A DNA stretch of 64,000 nucleotides, taken from NCBI GenBank assembly GCA_963668025.2, contig CAXXTH010000017.1:960001-1024000 (forward strand), given 5' to 3'. Position numbers and translations under genes: made by a program. The stretch's first letter is position 1. Each line of letters begins with the position of its first letter. Below the pieces are notes generated by a model. The model ran no database searches. It was given only the letters and a program-made list of their open reading frames with translations, and had not been told where the DNA came from. Shown here in pieces: positions 29,289-40,500 of this stretch. The DNA is from Candidatus Hydrogenedentota bacterium (GTDB taxonomy: Bacteria; Hydrogenedentota; Hydrogenedentia; Hydrogenedentales; SLHB01).

Positions 29289-31568
29289 ATGAGCAGCAAT
29301 GGACACGAACTCGACCGGCGGGATTTCATTAAAACGATGGGCGCGGGTTTGGCGTTAGGCGGGGGAGTGCTGGCAATGAACACGGCGCAAGCGAGCGCGC
29401 CCAGCCGCGTATCCGTATCGGATTGGAGCCGTCCCGCGCCGTTTGCCACCCCGCATCATTTGTCGGACCAGACGCATGTATTGGCCCAGCGCGGATTGGC
29501 GGGCGAACATGGCCGGGCGCTCGTGAATGCCGATTTTAAGATCGATGAGCAAGTGACGAAAGCCCTTTCACCGGATATGCATTATGCCCATGCGGTCCGT
29601 TTGATGGCCGAAAAAGCGCCCTTGCGGGTATTGCCAGGAGAACGCATCATCGGCTCGGCGACGCTGCGCGAGTCTTCCACCCATAAGACGCCGGTGTTCG
29701 AGCAATACAGCACGAGCCACCTGACCATCGGCTTCGATCAAGTGCTTCCGATGGGATATAAAGGCCTGCGGGAGAAGATCCAGGAACGTCTTTCACGCGG
29801 CGGCCTGGATGAGCAGGGAACCGAATTGCTGCACGCGATGCAGATGTGCCTCGATGGGGCTGCAATCTGGAACCAACGCCATATCGAGTTGCTCGGCCAG
29901 CTCGCCACCCAGTCCAGCGGCCCGGAACAAGCCAATTATCTTCATTTACGAGACATCTTACAGCGAGTGCCGGAAAATCCGCCCGCGACCTTCGAGGAAG
30001 CCGTGCAATCGCTTTGGTCCATGTTCGCCTTTCAACGCTTGTGCGGCACCTGGTCCGGCATTGGCCGCATTGACCAAATGCTGGGTGGTTATCTGAAGAA
30101 AGATTTGGCGGAAAAACGCATCACGCTCGATGAGGCGCGTGAACTGCTGGCCCATTTCTGGATCAAAGGCACGGAATGGACCGGGGCTAATCCAGGCCCT
30201 GGTTCGGGCGACGCCCAATTTTATCAGAATGTGATCCTGGCGGGCGTTGATGCGCAGGGCCAGCCGGTGCTCAATGATGTGACTTATCTGGTGCTGGATG
30301 TCGTGGAAGAGCTGCATATCAGCGATTTCCCGATTGCCGTGCGCGTGAGTGAAAACACCCCGAAGAAGCTGCTGCGCCGCGTCGCGGAGGTGCAGCGCCA
30401 TGGCGGCGGAATTGTAGCGCTCTACCAGGAAGACGTGGTTATCGCCGGGCTCGTCAAGCTCGGGTATCCGCTCGAAGAAGCGCGTAAATTCGCCAATGAC
30501 GGCTGCTGGGAAGCGCAAGTGCCGGGAGCCACCTGTTTCTCTTATGTGGCCTTTGATATGTTGGGCATATTGCAGCGGGCGTTGAAAGTGGACAAGCCGG
30601 AAGAGGCCGTCGCCGAGTTTGCCGATTTTGAAGGATTTTACACGGCATTTCGCACGGAAATGACCCGTGTGCTTGACGAAATCGCGAATTTGTCGGATGG
30701 CCACGCCATGGCGGATCCCAAGACAGGGCCGCCCACGCCGCTGGTCTCGATGTTCATCGACGATTGCATCGAGCGCGGACGGGGCTATTACAATCGCGGG
30801 GCGCGGTACAATGTCGTATCGCCTCACGCGGGCGGCATGGCCAACGTCGCCAATAGCCTGCAGGTGATTAAGCGCCTGGTGTATGAAGAGAAGGCAATCA
30901 CGCTGCCGGAATTAGTCGCCACATTGCGTTCGGACTGGAAAGGCCAGGAACCGATGCGGCGGTTGATCCTGAACCGGTTTGAATTCTATGGCAATGACAA
31001 TGAGCAAGCAGATGCCATGATGCAGCGCTTGTTCAACGATTACACGGATTTGGTGTGGCGCACGCCGGAGCGCAATGGCGTGCTCCGTCCGGCGGGGATC
31101 AGCACGTTTGGGCGTGAGATCTTTTTCTCCCACGAGAGCTATTTTGGCTGCACGCCCCGGCTGGCGACGGCCGACGGCCACCACCAGGGTGAATTCTTGG
31201 CCACGAATTTCTCGCCCTCTCCCGGAACCGATCAAAAGGGCCCATCCGCGGCGTTGAATTCTTACTGCAAAATGGATTTCAGCCGGGCTCCCAATGGTGC
31301 GACATTGGAACTGAAGATTCATCCGTCCTGCCTTCAAGGCGATGCGGGCGTCGATGCGCTAGTCGGGCTGATGCGCGGTTTTATCCGCCAGGAAGGGTGG
31401 TTCATGCACGTCGACGTCGTGGACTCCGCCATGCTGCTCGATGCCCAAAAGCATCCCGAGAAGTATCCAAATTTGCCCGTGCGCGTCGCTGGCTGGTCCG
31501 CGCGGTTTGCCACGCTCGACAAGGAATGGCAAGACATGGTCATCAATCGCACGCAGCAGATCATTTGA
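29289..31568 (+). CDS. Glycyl radical enzyme (PFL-like) with an N-terminal Tat signal peptide
   Basis: DRRDFIK-h-region-AQASA; GIGRIDQML; Cys loop DGCWE; Gly loop VRVAGWS near the C-terminus. Confidence 0.93.
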   Translation: MSSNGHELDRRDFIKTMGAGLALGGGVLAMNTAQASAPSRVSVSDWSRPAPFATPHHLSDQTHVLAQRGLAGEHGRALVNADFKIDEQVTKALSPDMHYAHAVRLMAEKAPLRVLPGERIIGSATLRESSTHKTPVFEQYSTSHLTIGFDQVLPMGYKGLREKIQERLSRGGLDEQGTELLHAMQMCLDGAAIWNQRHIELLGQLATQSSGPEQANYLHLRDILQRVPENPPATFEEAVQSLWSMFAFQRLCGTWSGIGRIDQMLGGYLKKDLAEKRITLDEARELLAHFWIKGTEWTGANPGPGSGDAQFYQNVILAGVDAQGQPVLNDVTYLVLDVVEELHISDFPIAVRVSENTPKKLLRRVAEVQRHGGGIVALYQEDVVIAGLVKLGYPLEEARKFANDGCWEAQVPGATCFSYVAFDMLGILQRALKVDKPEEAVAEFADFEGFYTAFRTEMTRVLDEIANLSDGHAMADPKTGPPTPLVSMFIDDCIERGRGYYNRGARYNVVSPHAGGMANVANSLQVIKRLVYEEKAITLPELVATLRSDWKGQEPMRRLILNRFEFYGNDNEQADAMMQRLFNDYTDLVWRTPERNGVLRPAGISTFGREIFFSHESYFGCTPRLATADGHHQGEFLATNFSPSPGTDQKGPSAALNSYCKMDFSRAPNGATLELKIHPSCLQGDAGVDALVGLMRGFIRQEGWFMHVDVVDSAMLLDAQKHPEKYPNLPVRVAGWSARFATLDKEWQDMVINRTQQII

Positions 31569-31575
31569 ACCATAC

Positions 31576-32478
31576 ATGAACGAAGCGCTTGTTTTTCAAA
31601 TTCAGCGGTTTTGCACGCACGATGGGCCCGGTGTTCGTACCACGGTGTTCCTCAAAGGCTGCCCGTTGCGCTGCGCGTGGTGTCATAACCCTGAATCGCA
31701 ACGCTTTGAAAAAGAGTTATCGTATTCACCGGCTTTATGCATTGGTTGTGGGGCATGCGTCCAGGCATGCCCCGCAGGCGCGCATCGCATCGTAGAGGGG
31801 CGGCATGTATTGGACCGCAGCCGCTGCCAAAGCTGTTTTCGATGCGTCCAGGCCTGTTCCGCCAGGGCCTTGGAGGCCGTGGGCCGGGAGCAATCAATCG
31901 AGTCCATCATGAAGGAAGTCGAGTCGGACCGCGTCTATTACGAAGAAACAGGGGGGGGATTGACCGTCTCCGGCGGCGAACCGCTGGCTCATTTTCCCTT
32001 TATATACGCCCTGCTGGCCGAAGCGCACAAACGAAAAATCCATACCTGCGTCGAAACCAGCGGATATGCCCCGCCAAACAGAGTACTAAGCCTGCTGGAT
32101 GTAGTTGATTTGTTTCTCTGGGATATCAAGGACACTGAGCCCATCCGCCATCAGGCAATGACAGGCGTTTCTCTCGATACGATTTTGGATAATCTGCGCC
32201 TGGTGGACGAAGCTGGGGGGCATACGCGGCTGCGTTGCATCTTGGTGGATGGGGTGAACATGGCCATGCCGCATATCGAAGGAGTAGCCCGGCTGGCGCT
32301 ATCGTTGAAACATTGCCAGGGTTTAGCCCTATTGCCCTACCACCCCATGGGGGATGCGAAACTGGAGCGAATCGGACGCACGCGATCTGGATTGAATCTA
32401 GGCGCACCTTTTCCCAAGGCCCTCGATGAAGCACGCGCTCGTTTAGCCGATCTGGGCGTAGCTTGCTTTGATTCATAA
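31576..32478 (+). CDS. Glycyl-radical activating enzyme (radical SAM with ferredoxin insert)
   Basis: HDGPGVRTTVFLKGCPLRCAWCHNPES, two CxxCxxCxxxC motifs, GGLTVSGGEP, VETSG. Confidence 0.95.
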   Translation: MNEALVFQIQRFCTHDGPGVRTTVFLKGCPLRCAWCHNPESQRFEKELSYSPALCIGCGACVQACPAGAHRIVEGRHVLDRSRCQSCFRCVQACSARALEAVGREQSIESIMKEVESDRVYYEETGGGLTVSGGEPLAHFPFIYALLAEAHKRKIHTCVETSGYAPPNRVLSLLDVVDLFLWDIKDTEPIRHQAMTGVSLDTILDNLRLVDEAGGHTRLRCILVDGVNMAMPHIEGVARLALSLKHCQGLALLPYHPMGDAKLERIGRTRSGLNLGAPFPKALDEARARLADLGVACFDS

Positions 32479-32689
32479 GTGGCGCTGAAAAGCCCTTCTT
32501 CGGGAACGGCTTCCATCCGATGTAAACGCCTTTGGAACAAAGAAACGGATATCTACAAATCCGTTACCGTTTGCATAAAAAGCAGAATTATGCTAAAATA
32601 TAAAAGCATGAGCGCAGTAGCTCATGGAGTCTTGTCTCCAGCATTTCCGAACGAGTCATACCAGAGACTTATATGGAAAGGTCAATCCC

Positions 32690-34411
32690 ATGAAATCAAA
32701 GCGCCCACTTAAACAATTCTTTTCTATCTTGGGCATCATCATATTGATGCTGTCCTTGAGCCCCCTTTTAGGTGCGGGTTGTAATCTGGTACAAACGACG
32801 CGCCAGCAAACCGTCTGTCCAATCGCAGTGCCAGCAGGCGCGCCGGAAATCCCGCCCTCCTACGTGCCCGAGTATGAGCTTTACGGCTACAGCGCCTGGA
32901 AGACAGGCCCCGGTGTGGACGATGGCCGGAGGTTCGACCTGATGCGGGATGGCTACACAGGTTCACCCAATCGTGCGCGGCTCCTGTCTTTCTTCTCGCT
33001 AAGCGATATTCATATCACAGATAAAGAATCGCCCGCCCAGGTGGTCTACTTCGGATGGAGCGCGCCATTTGGGACAACGGGGCTTTTATCGCAAGCCTAT
33101 TCTCCCGTTATGCTTTCCACCACGCAAGTCCTGGACGCCGCAATCAGCACCATCAATTGCATGCATCTTCAGACTCCGTTTGATTTTGGCATAACGCTCG
33201 GTGATATGGCCAACGCTTCCCAATATAACGAGCTTCGATGGTTCATTGACGTGCTTGATGGTAAATACATCACGCCAAGTTCTGGCGCTCATCTTGGCGC
33301 TGGCTATATTGATTATCAGACGCCTTTCCAGGCCGCTGGGCTTAATAGCTCGATTCCCTGGTATGCGACTGTCGGCAACCACGATCAGTTCTGGATGGGC
33401 GTCTCCTATCCAAGTGATAAAATTCGGGACACCCTTAAGGGCGGCGAAGTCCTTAACATGGCCGATGATCCCTTTGCAATCAATGCCTCAGAAGGCAATG
33501 GCGTGTATACAGGCGTGATCGACGGCACGACGATATATGGAGATGTGATCAAGGCTGGACTAACAGGTGATTTTGCATCAGCCCCGACCGTTGTTGCCGA
33601 CGAGAGCCGCCATTCCCTTACGACGGCGGACTCTTCCACGGCGGAATTCATGGAAACCTTCTTCGACACTACATCGTCTCCCGTGGGGCATGGGTTCAGC
33701 CAGGCCAATCTAGACGCCGATTTTGCCTCCTACACCTTCGAGCCAAAGACGGATTTGCCGCTCAAAGTCATCGTGCTGGATGACACCTGCAAAACGATAA
33801 GCCCTGACGGCGGGCCGTCCTATTATGGTTCAGGCTGGCTCGATGAGGAGCGCTACGCCTGGCTCACCAACGAACTACAGAAAGGCCAGGACGAAGAGAA
33901 GCTCATGATCATCGCGACCCATATCCCCGTCAATCCGCAAGAGGATCTCTACAAGACGGACCGGGAAGCTCAATTCTATCCAGAATCCTATCAAACCGAC
34001 GAAGAATTAATCGCCACGCTCAACAACTACCCGAATCTCATCATGTTGATTGCGGGCCATCGCCACCTGAACACCGTGACTCCGCAGCCATCTCCAGACC
34101 CCGCTCATCCAGAAAATGGTTTTTGGGAGGTGGAAAATTCCTCGTTGCGAGACTTCCCCCAGCAATTCCGTACATTCGATATCCGCCGCAACAAAGACAA
34201 CACCATTTCCATCCTAGTGACCAACGTGGACCCCATTGTTGAAGAAGGAAGCCCTGCCGCGAAGTCACGCGACTATGCGGTCGGCGCATCGCGGACATTC
34301 GGCAAAACCGCCCTCGACGACACGTCATCGCATGCGTACAATGCCGAGTTGGTCAAGCAATTAACCCTCGACATGCAAGAAAAAATCGCTTCTTACGGAA
34401 CAGCGCTATAA
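32690..34411 (+). CDS. Metallophosphoesterase lipoprotein (TIGR03768-like)
   Basis: LGAGC lipobox, SDIHITDKESP, LGD, GNHD, THIP, AGHRH, SSLRDFPQQFR. Confidence 0.85.
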   Translation: MKSKRPLKQFFSILGIIILMLSLSPLLGAGCNLVQTTRQQTVCPIAVPAGAPEIPPSYVPEYELYGYSAWKTGPGVDDGRRFDLMRDGYTGSPNRARLLSFFSLSDIHITDKESPAQVVYFGWSAPFGTTGLLSQAYSPVMLSTTQVLDAAISTINCMHLQTPFDFGITLGDMANASQYNELRWFIDVLDGKYITPSSGAHLGAGYIDYQTPFQAAGLNSSIPWYATVGNHDQFWMGVSYPSDKIRDTLKGGEVLNMADDPFAINASEGNGVYTGVIDGTTIYGDVIKAGLTGDFASAPTVVADESRHSLTTADSSTAEFMETFFDTTSSPVGHGFSQANLDADFASYTFEPKTDLPLKVIVLDDTCKTISPDGGPSYYGSGWLDEERYAWLTNELQKGQDEEKLMIIATHIPVNPQEDLYKTDREAQFYPESYQTDEELIATLNNYPNLIMLIAGHRHLNTVTPQPSPDPAHPENGFWEVENSSLRDFPQQFRTFDIRRNKDNTISILVTNVDPIVEEGSPAAKSRDYAVGASRTFGKTALDDTSSHAYNAELVKQLTLDMQEKIASYGTAL

Positions 34412-34422
34412 AGCCATCTCCC

Positions 34423-34457
34423 TTGATGCGGCAGGCCAAACCCACCTGCCGCATCAA
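34423..34457. terminator. Hairpin between convergent genes
   Basis: TTGATGCGGCAGG-N9-CCTGCCGCATCAA. Confidence 0.75.
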
Positions 34458-34474
34458 TCTTTATATATCCCCAG

Positions 34475-35977
34475 TTATTTTACCTCCAGCGAGCCGTCAT
34501 CGATCTGCTGATTGATATCGAGAGGCAAATAGGAATACAAATCGGCATTCTTGAGAAAGAACCGGACCTTTTTGTCTTTGTCCGCCAGCTCTTCGGGGAA
34601 CTTAGTGGTCTTCCAGGTGAGCGTGTGCCGCACGGAGTCCCCGGTGAAGGAGATACATTCCTGGCGCGAGAAGCCGGGAATCACTTTGTTTTTCCGGTCC
34701 AACAATTCCGCCGCTACGTAGCCGTCCGGGCCGCAGCACTTGGCATTGATCAAGACTTGCGGCGTGTTGAAAACCTCCCGGCGGCTGATCAGCCAGCCTT
34801 CTTGTCCACCGGCATGCATCGAACAAAAGCCATCCAGGCGAAGCGTAGCTAGGCCGATAGCGCCATTGGCCCTGGGGCCGTCATGTTTTTGGTCGAACCC
34901 GGAATAGTAAAAAAACAATTGGTCTCCCATAAGAATAGGTGCGCGGGCGGTGAACGCCATCTGCGAGTCGAACGCATCGGGGGAACCAAGGCCGATGAAC
35001 GGCTTGCGCTCGGGCGGGCGCGTCCATTGGAGCAGATTCCAGCTCCACGCGAATTGCACATCGACGGTAAGCGGGCTTCCTTCCTGGGCTTCGTACATGA
35101 CGTCGGGGTCGGTGTATTGGCCATACTTGATCCACCGGGCGTGATAGACCCAAGGCAGGCCGATATACAATCCCTGATACGGGAAAACCGGCATGCCGTA
35201 GATTTGCGTGGCGTCTGGATCAAGGTCATCCGCGCCGAAGACCGCGCCCTCGACCGGCTTATGCCACTTGAGGCCATCTTCCGACACGGCGACGCCAACG
35301 GCCCGGTGTCGGCGATTCGCTGTCTTGTACGTGGCCGTATACCGGCGCTGATAGGGATCATAGAAAAAATTAGTCACATCGGACGTGCCGAACAGATGTT
35401 GTTGCTCGGGCGGGCGATTCCAGTCCCAGTGCAAGCCATCTTCCGAATAGGCAACCGACGCGCCTGCTTCACCCGCATAGCCATACATGGCCCACTGCTT
35501 GTTAGGCGCAGGCGGAGCGGGCACGCGGATCACGCTGGGTATGTGGCAACTGCCGCCCGGAGCCACGATGTTGTTGTCCGTGGAGCCTTGGCAATCCACT
35601 ATGCCGAGTTTGGGCTTTGTCCAATGAATGCCGTCCTGGGATTCCGCATACGATACATCCGCGTAGTCGTTTCCAATCCCCTGATACCACATTCGCAGCT
35701 TTCCATCGTCCCAAAGAACGGTGCCGTAGACATATGGCCCCCACCCCTCCCAGGGATGTTCTTTGCGGATGATAGGATTCTCCGCATATTTCTCCGCGCC
35801 ATGAAACACTCGCGCAAGGCCATCGGACTCCTCGAGCACCATGGCGTCCAGGAAAAGCCTGCGGTAAGGCGGCTCGCCCGCTAGAGGATCGCTTGCTTCA
35901 AGCGCCCATGCTTGGCTGGCCCAAACCGCCATTTGAAAAAACAAGACACTCATGATTCTAGGGGCATACCTGTTCAT
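34475..35977 (-). CDS. Secreted five-bladed beta-propeller glycoside hydrolase-like protein
   Basis: Signal peptide, repeated Asp-boxes (ESQDGIHW, YSEDGLHW, VSEDGLKW), IGLATLRLDGF. Confidence 0.75.
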   Translation of the reverse strand: MNRYAPRIMSVLFFQMAVWASQAWALEASDPLAGEPPYRRLFLDAMVLEESDGLARVFHGAEKYAENPIIRKEHPWEGWGPYVYGTVLWDDGKLRMWYQGIGNDYADVSYAESQDGIHWTKPKLGIVDCQGSTDNNIVAPGGSCHIPSVIRVPAPPAPNKQWAMYGYAGEAGASVAYSEDGLHWDWNRPPEQQHLFGTSDVTNFFYDPYQRRYTATYKTANRRHRAVGVAVSEDGLKWHKPVEGAVFGADDLDPDATQIYGMPVFPYQGLYIGLPWVYHARWIKYGQYTDPDVMYEAQEGSPLTVDVQFAWSWNLLQWTRPPERKPFIGLGSPDAFDSQMAFTARAPILMGDQLFFYYSGFDQKHDGPRANGAIGLATLRLDGFCSMHAGGQEGWLISRREVFNTPQVLINAKCCGPDGYVAAELLDRKNKVIPGFSRQECISFTGDSVRHTLTWKTTKFPEELADKDKKVRFFLKNADLYSYLPLDINQQIDDGSLEVK

Positions 35978-36374
35978 TTGGCTCAATCCTCCTTTGGAAT
36001 CCCATTTTCTGATCCTCAATAGTGGCCGATAGTTCCCCTGGAGATTCATTGCGCGGCCTGGAGATGGCGCTTATGCAGGCATGGCCCTAGAAGTGGCCAG
36101 GGTCAAAATGAAACAAAAACGGAGACAGCCCAGTTTCCACCATCTCGGTTCGTTTTAACTGTACGGCATAATGACGCATATAGCGGCTCATGTTTTTAGG
36201 TAATTGGCGGCGGGCGTCCTTTGTTTTTTGGGGTGTTGTGGATTCGGCCAAGGAATTTTCACCAGCATGCCCTTCCGTATGCCCGGTGATTTCGGTGTAA
36301 AACAAGCCTGAAAATAGGTATGATAACGATACTGAAAATCCATGGGGTACTAACCAGGCGCGTGAATTCTATTA

Positions 36375-37523
36375 ATGCGGCTTATTCACACATCAGACAT
36401 ACATTTAGATGCGAGCTTCGCCATGCCTGGCGCGCCAGCGGGATTTGGCAACCGGCGCCGCCAAGCGGTGCGTGATGTGTTCCTGCGCATTTTACAGCGG
36501 GCGAAGGAATGGCCTGCCGACGCCGTGCTCATTGCGGGCGATTTGCTGGATTATGAGCGCGCCAGCCGGGATACCGTGGTGTTTTTGCAAGAAGAATTCA
36601 AACGCCTTGCGCCTATCCCGGTCTTTTTAGCGCCAGGCAACCATGATCCTTATACGGTGATTTCACCCTATGCCACCGAAGAATGGCCTTCGAATGTAAC
36701 GATTTTCCACCGGTCTGAATGGACGGCGCATGCGCTGGCGGCGATTCCGCTTACAGTACATGGCTTCGGTTTTGACGGCCCGGATATTTCGGTGAATCCA
36801 TTCGGGAATTTGCAAATACCGCGCGATGACCGCGTCCATGTCGCGGTGGGCCACGGCACCGCCATGGGAAGCGCGCCTTCTGAAATGGGCGCGTATGCGC
36901 CGTTCTCGCCCGCGCTCGCCGCGGATCACCGCTTGGCGTATCTGGCCTTGGGCCATTTCCATGGCATGAAGGCCATCGAGGCACCGTTCGGCACCGTGAT
37001 GTATTATTCGGGAGCGCCCGAAGGGCATGGTTTCAACGAATGCGGCCTCCATTATTTCCTGGAAGTGGAGCTCGATGCGGGGCGCGTGCAGGTGAATCCC
37101 GTGCCTTCCTGCCAGTCTCTATATGAGGTCTATACCGTGGATTGCTCGGCCTTTGTGTCGAAACAGCAAGCCATTGACGCCATTCGCGCCCTAGCGCCGC
37201 AAGATGGCCGGAGCCGCATCGCCCGCATTTGGCTCACGGGTTCCTGCGCGGATGCGTGGCGTGGCGAAGCGCTGGTGATCCGGGACAGTGTCGCGCCATT
37301 GTTCGAGTATCTTGATTTGGTGGATGAACTCGAGCCCGCCGAGGATTTTGAAATGCTGGCGCGGGATGAAACCAGCCTGGGCGTCTTCGTGCGGCGCATG
37401 CTTAAGGAATCGGACATGGTGGCGGAGCCCGCCAAGCGGCGCATGCTGGCGCGCGCCCTCGAGGTGGGCGTGGCGGCCTTCCGGGATCGGCCGCTGCCGA
37501 TTCGCGGCGCGGGAGGGGAATAA
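36375..37523 (+). CDS. Mre11/SbcD-like (YhaO) DNA nuclease
   Basis: HTSDIHL, AGDL, PGNHD, GHG, YLALGHFH, YSGAPE. Confidence 0.92.
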   Translation: MRLIHTSDIHLDASFAMPGAPAGFGNRRRQAVRDVFLRILQRAKEWPADAVLIAGDLLDYERASRDTVVFLQEEFKRLAPIPVFLAPGNHDPYTVISPYATEEWPSNVTIFHRSEWTAHALAAIPLTVHGFGFDGPDISVNPFGNLQIPRDDRVHVAVGHGTAMGSAPSEMGAYAPFSPALAADHRLAYLALGHFHGMKAIEAPFGTVMYYSGAPEGHGFNECGLHYFLEVELDAGRVQVNPVPSCQSLYEVYTVDCSAFVSKQQAIDAIRALAPQDGRSRIARIWLTGSCADAWRGEALVIRDSVAPLFEYLDLVDELEPAEDFEMLARDETSLGVFVRRMLKESDMVAEPAKRRMLARALEVGVAAFRDRPLPIRGAGGE

Positions 37524-37525
37524 CC

Positions 37526-40500
37526 ATGCGCATCCGCACCCTCTGGCTCGATGCTTATGGCTGTTTCCTGGGCCGCGAACTGCCGCTCGAGGATGGCCTT
37601 CAAGTCATTTATGGCCCCAACGAGCAAGGCAAAAGCACGGTGCGCAGTTTCGTTGGCGATATGCTGTTCGGGCAAAAGCGCAGCACCAACCAGCGGCTCT
37701 ATGATGATCATCATGAATTGCGGCGTCCCTGGATGAATCCGGAATCGTATGGCGGGCGGATGCGATATGTGCTCGACAATGGCCACGAGTATGACATACA
37801 GCGGATATTCGACCGGAACAACGAGTCCGTGCAGGTATTCAATCGCTCGCTGGGCCGGGATGTAACGGGCGATTACGCCCGGCAGCGCAATCGCGAACCC
37901 GGCTTCGCGGATGAACAGCTCGGTGTCACCAAGGCCGTTTTCTTGAACACGGTCACCATCACCCATGTGACGCTCGAACAATTGGGCAACGATGAGGCCA
38001 TGACGCAGCTCCGTGAAAAACTCCTCTCCCTCGCCGATACGGCCGAGGAATCACATAGCTCGGAATCAGCCATCAGTTATATCGACGCGCGCATTAAAGC
38101 TATCGGCAACCAGCAGGCCCGCACGCGGCCTTTGCCCGCGGCACGCGCCCGCCTGGCGGAACTCGACACCGAGCATGCCCTGGCCACCGGGGTGCGGCAA
38201 GAACTCGAAGACTTGGAACGGCGGCGGCAAGATATCCGCGCCGCCATGGCCAGGCAGCAACAACAACATGCCGCCATCGAGGCCGAGCGCGCCGCCATCG
38301 AACGCTCACAACGCGAGCAGCTTCTCGCCAGCGCCGAACGGCTGCAAGAAGAGATCGACCTGATCACACACCGGTGCTTCTCGCTGAGCAACGTGCGTGA
38401 TTTTCCCATCGAGCGGGAGCCGGAGCTTCAGCGCGCGCTGAATGTCCTCAATACAGCGCGTACGCAGCTTCGCCGCACGGAGATGGCCAGGAAGGATGTC
38501 GAGGAGCAGCTTAGCGACGAGCGCCATCGCTTGGGCGAACTGGCGGACCAGCGCGTCGTGGATGTTTCGGACGAATGCGAGCAGCGTTTGGCCGATCTCG
38601 AGACGGCCATCACCCGCCTGACGGAGCGCCTCGAACAATATGATGCGGAACGCGCCGCAGCGGAAGGCCGCCTCGAGGCCGCCCATGCGGAACTGGCCCG
38701 CCTGCCGGATTTCGCGCAATTAGCGCCTGATCCCGTCGAGTGGCTCGGCCGCCTCGCCGCCGAATTTCAACAGCGCCGCCAGGCGTCTGAGCATGAACAG
38801 GAGAAATGGGAGCAGCTTACCGCCGCCATCGCGCGCCTTGAACAGCGGCAGGAAGGCCTTGACGCCATATTCGCCGTATTTGAAGATTTTAATGCCGAGG
38901 CGGATGAATACAAACTGGCGGTGCGCCTCTACGAAGAGAAAACAAAAGAACTCGAAACGGAGACCGAAAAAGCCCAAGCTCAGATCATCGAACGGGACGC
39001 CGCCGCGCCTTTGGCCCGCAGGTGGGCTATTGTAAGCGCGGCAGGCGCGGGGCTGCTGGCCGGGGCTGCCTATTATTTTGAAGAGCCAAGCGTTTTTATC
39101 TCCGTAGCGTTTCTGGGATTGGTGGCGGGCTGTTTTGTGGTCCGGCTGGCCCTGGCGCTGCAAGGCGCGCGGCAGGGCCGCGCACGGCTGCTCAACGCGG
39201 AAACCCAGCGCGCCTTGTTGGAAAAAGAGACCGCCCAGAAACGGGAACGCATCGAGCACGCCCTCCAGGTTTCGGGCCTGGGCGCGTTGCGGGAACTCGA
39301 AGCCCTTCATGAGCGCTTTTCGAGCGGCCAGGAGGCGCTGGCCTCGTATCGGGCGGAGCTTGAAACACAAGAAGCGCGCGTGCGGGAAGAAGAGGCTTCC
39401 CTGGCCCAGCATTTCTCGAATTTGTGCGAGGCGTTCGCGGGTATTGGCGTGCATTTAGAAGACGCCGGGGGCGTGCAGGAAGCCGTGAATGCGGGCATTG
39501 CCCGCTACCAGGAATACCGTGACGCCCTGCGGCGCGTGCAAGAAAACAAAGATACGCCCGCCCTGCTTCAATCACAGTCGGCGCAAGCGCGGACGGAACT
39601 CGATGCGGCGAAAGCGGAAGAACGCGAGCGCGCCCTCGAGGTGCGCGAGATCATGCGGTCCCAAGGTTTCCGTGACGAGGCCCGGCATACCAGCGCGCTG
39701 CGCGCCGTGCGCGCTTATCGGACGCGATGCCATCAGGTGCGCGAGAAACAGGGCCGCATGCATGTGCTTGAAGAAAATTTAGCGGCCTACAAGCGGCAGC
39801 TCGAAAACGAACGGCGCGACATGGAGCAGCAGCAAGCGGCGCTCGAGCGCTTCTTACGCAGCGTAGGAGCGGAATCGCCGGAGCATTGGCGCGAATTGGC
39901 GTCCCAAGCGCGTGAATATCGCGAAGCCCGAGAACGCCGGACCAACCTGCGCGATAAACTCGAGGCTCTGTTGCGCGGCGAAACCCTGGAAGGTTTGCGC
40001 GTTTCTCTGGATGGCGGCGGGCCGCATGAAAATGTAGTACTGTCCGGGCGCAGCCCTGAAGAACTAGACGCCGCCTTCCAGCATACGGCGGCGGAATTGG
40101 ACGCCTTGGCGAAAGAAGATCATGCCTTGCACCTGCGCATCGCCCAACGCGCCGCAGGGGTGCGCCCACTGAACGACATTGAGGAAGAGCGCGCCAACGT
40201 GGCGGCGCGGGCGGAAATCCTCGCGGAAGAGCTTCAGGCCGCCGCGTATGCCGCCGCCATCATCGAGGAAGTGGCCAATGACCGCCATGCCCGCATCGCC
40301 CCCCGCCTTGCGGCGTCCGCCAGCGCCTATCTCGCGGAAATCACGGGTGACATATATGACGAGCTGCTCATTGGGCGTGATCTGCGCGTGAGCGTGCGCG
40401 TGCCGCAGACCAAGGAATTAAAAGAATATCCAGAGATGCGCTTGAGCAAGGGCACGGTGGACCAAATCTACTTGGCCTTGCGGCTGGCGCTGGTCGAGGG

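Noticed and set aside
29289-29400. GRE N-terminus as a microcompartment encapsulation peptide
   Set aside because: It matches the Tat RRxFxK/h-region/AxA pattern rather than an amphipathic encapsulation helix, and no shell genes are nearby.
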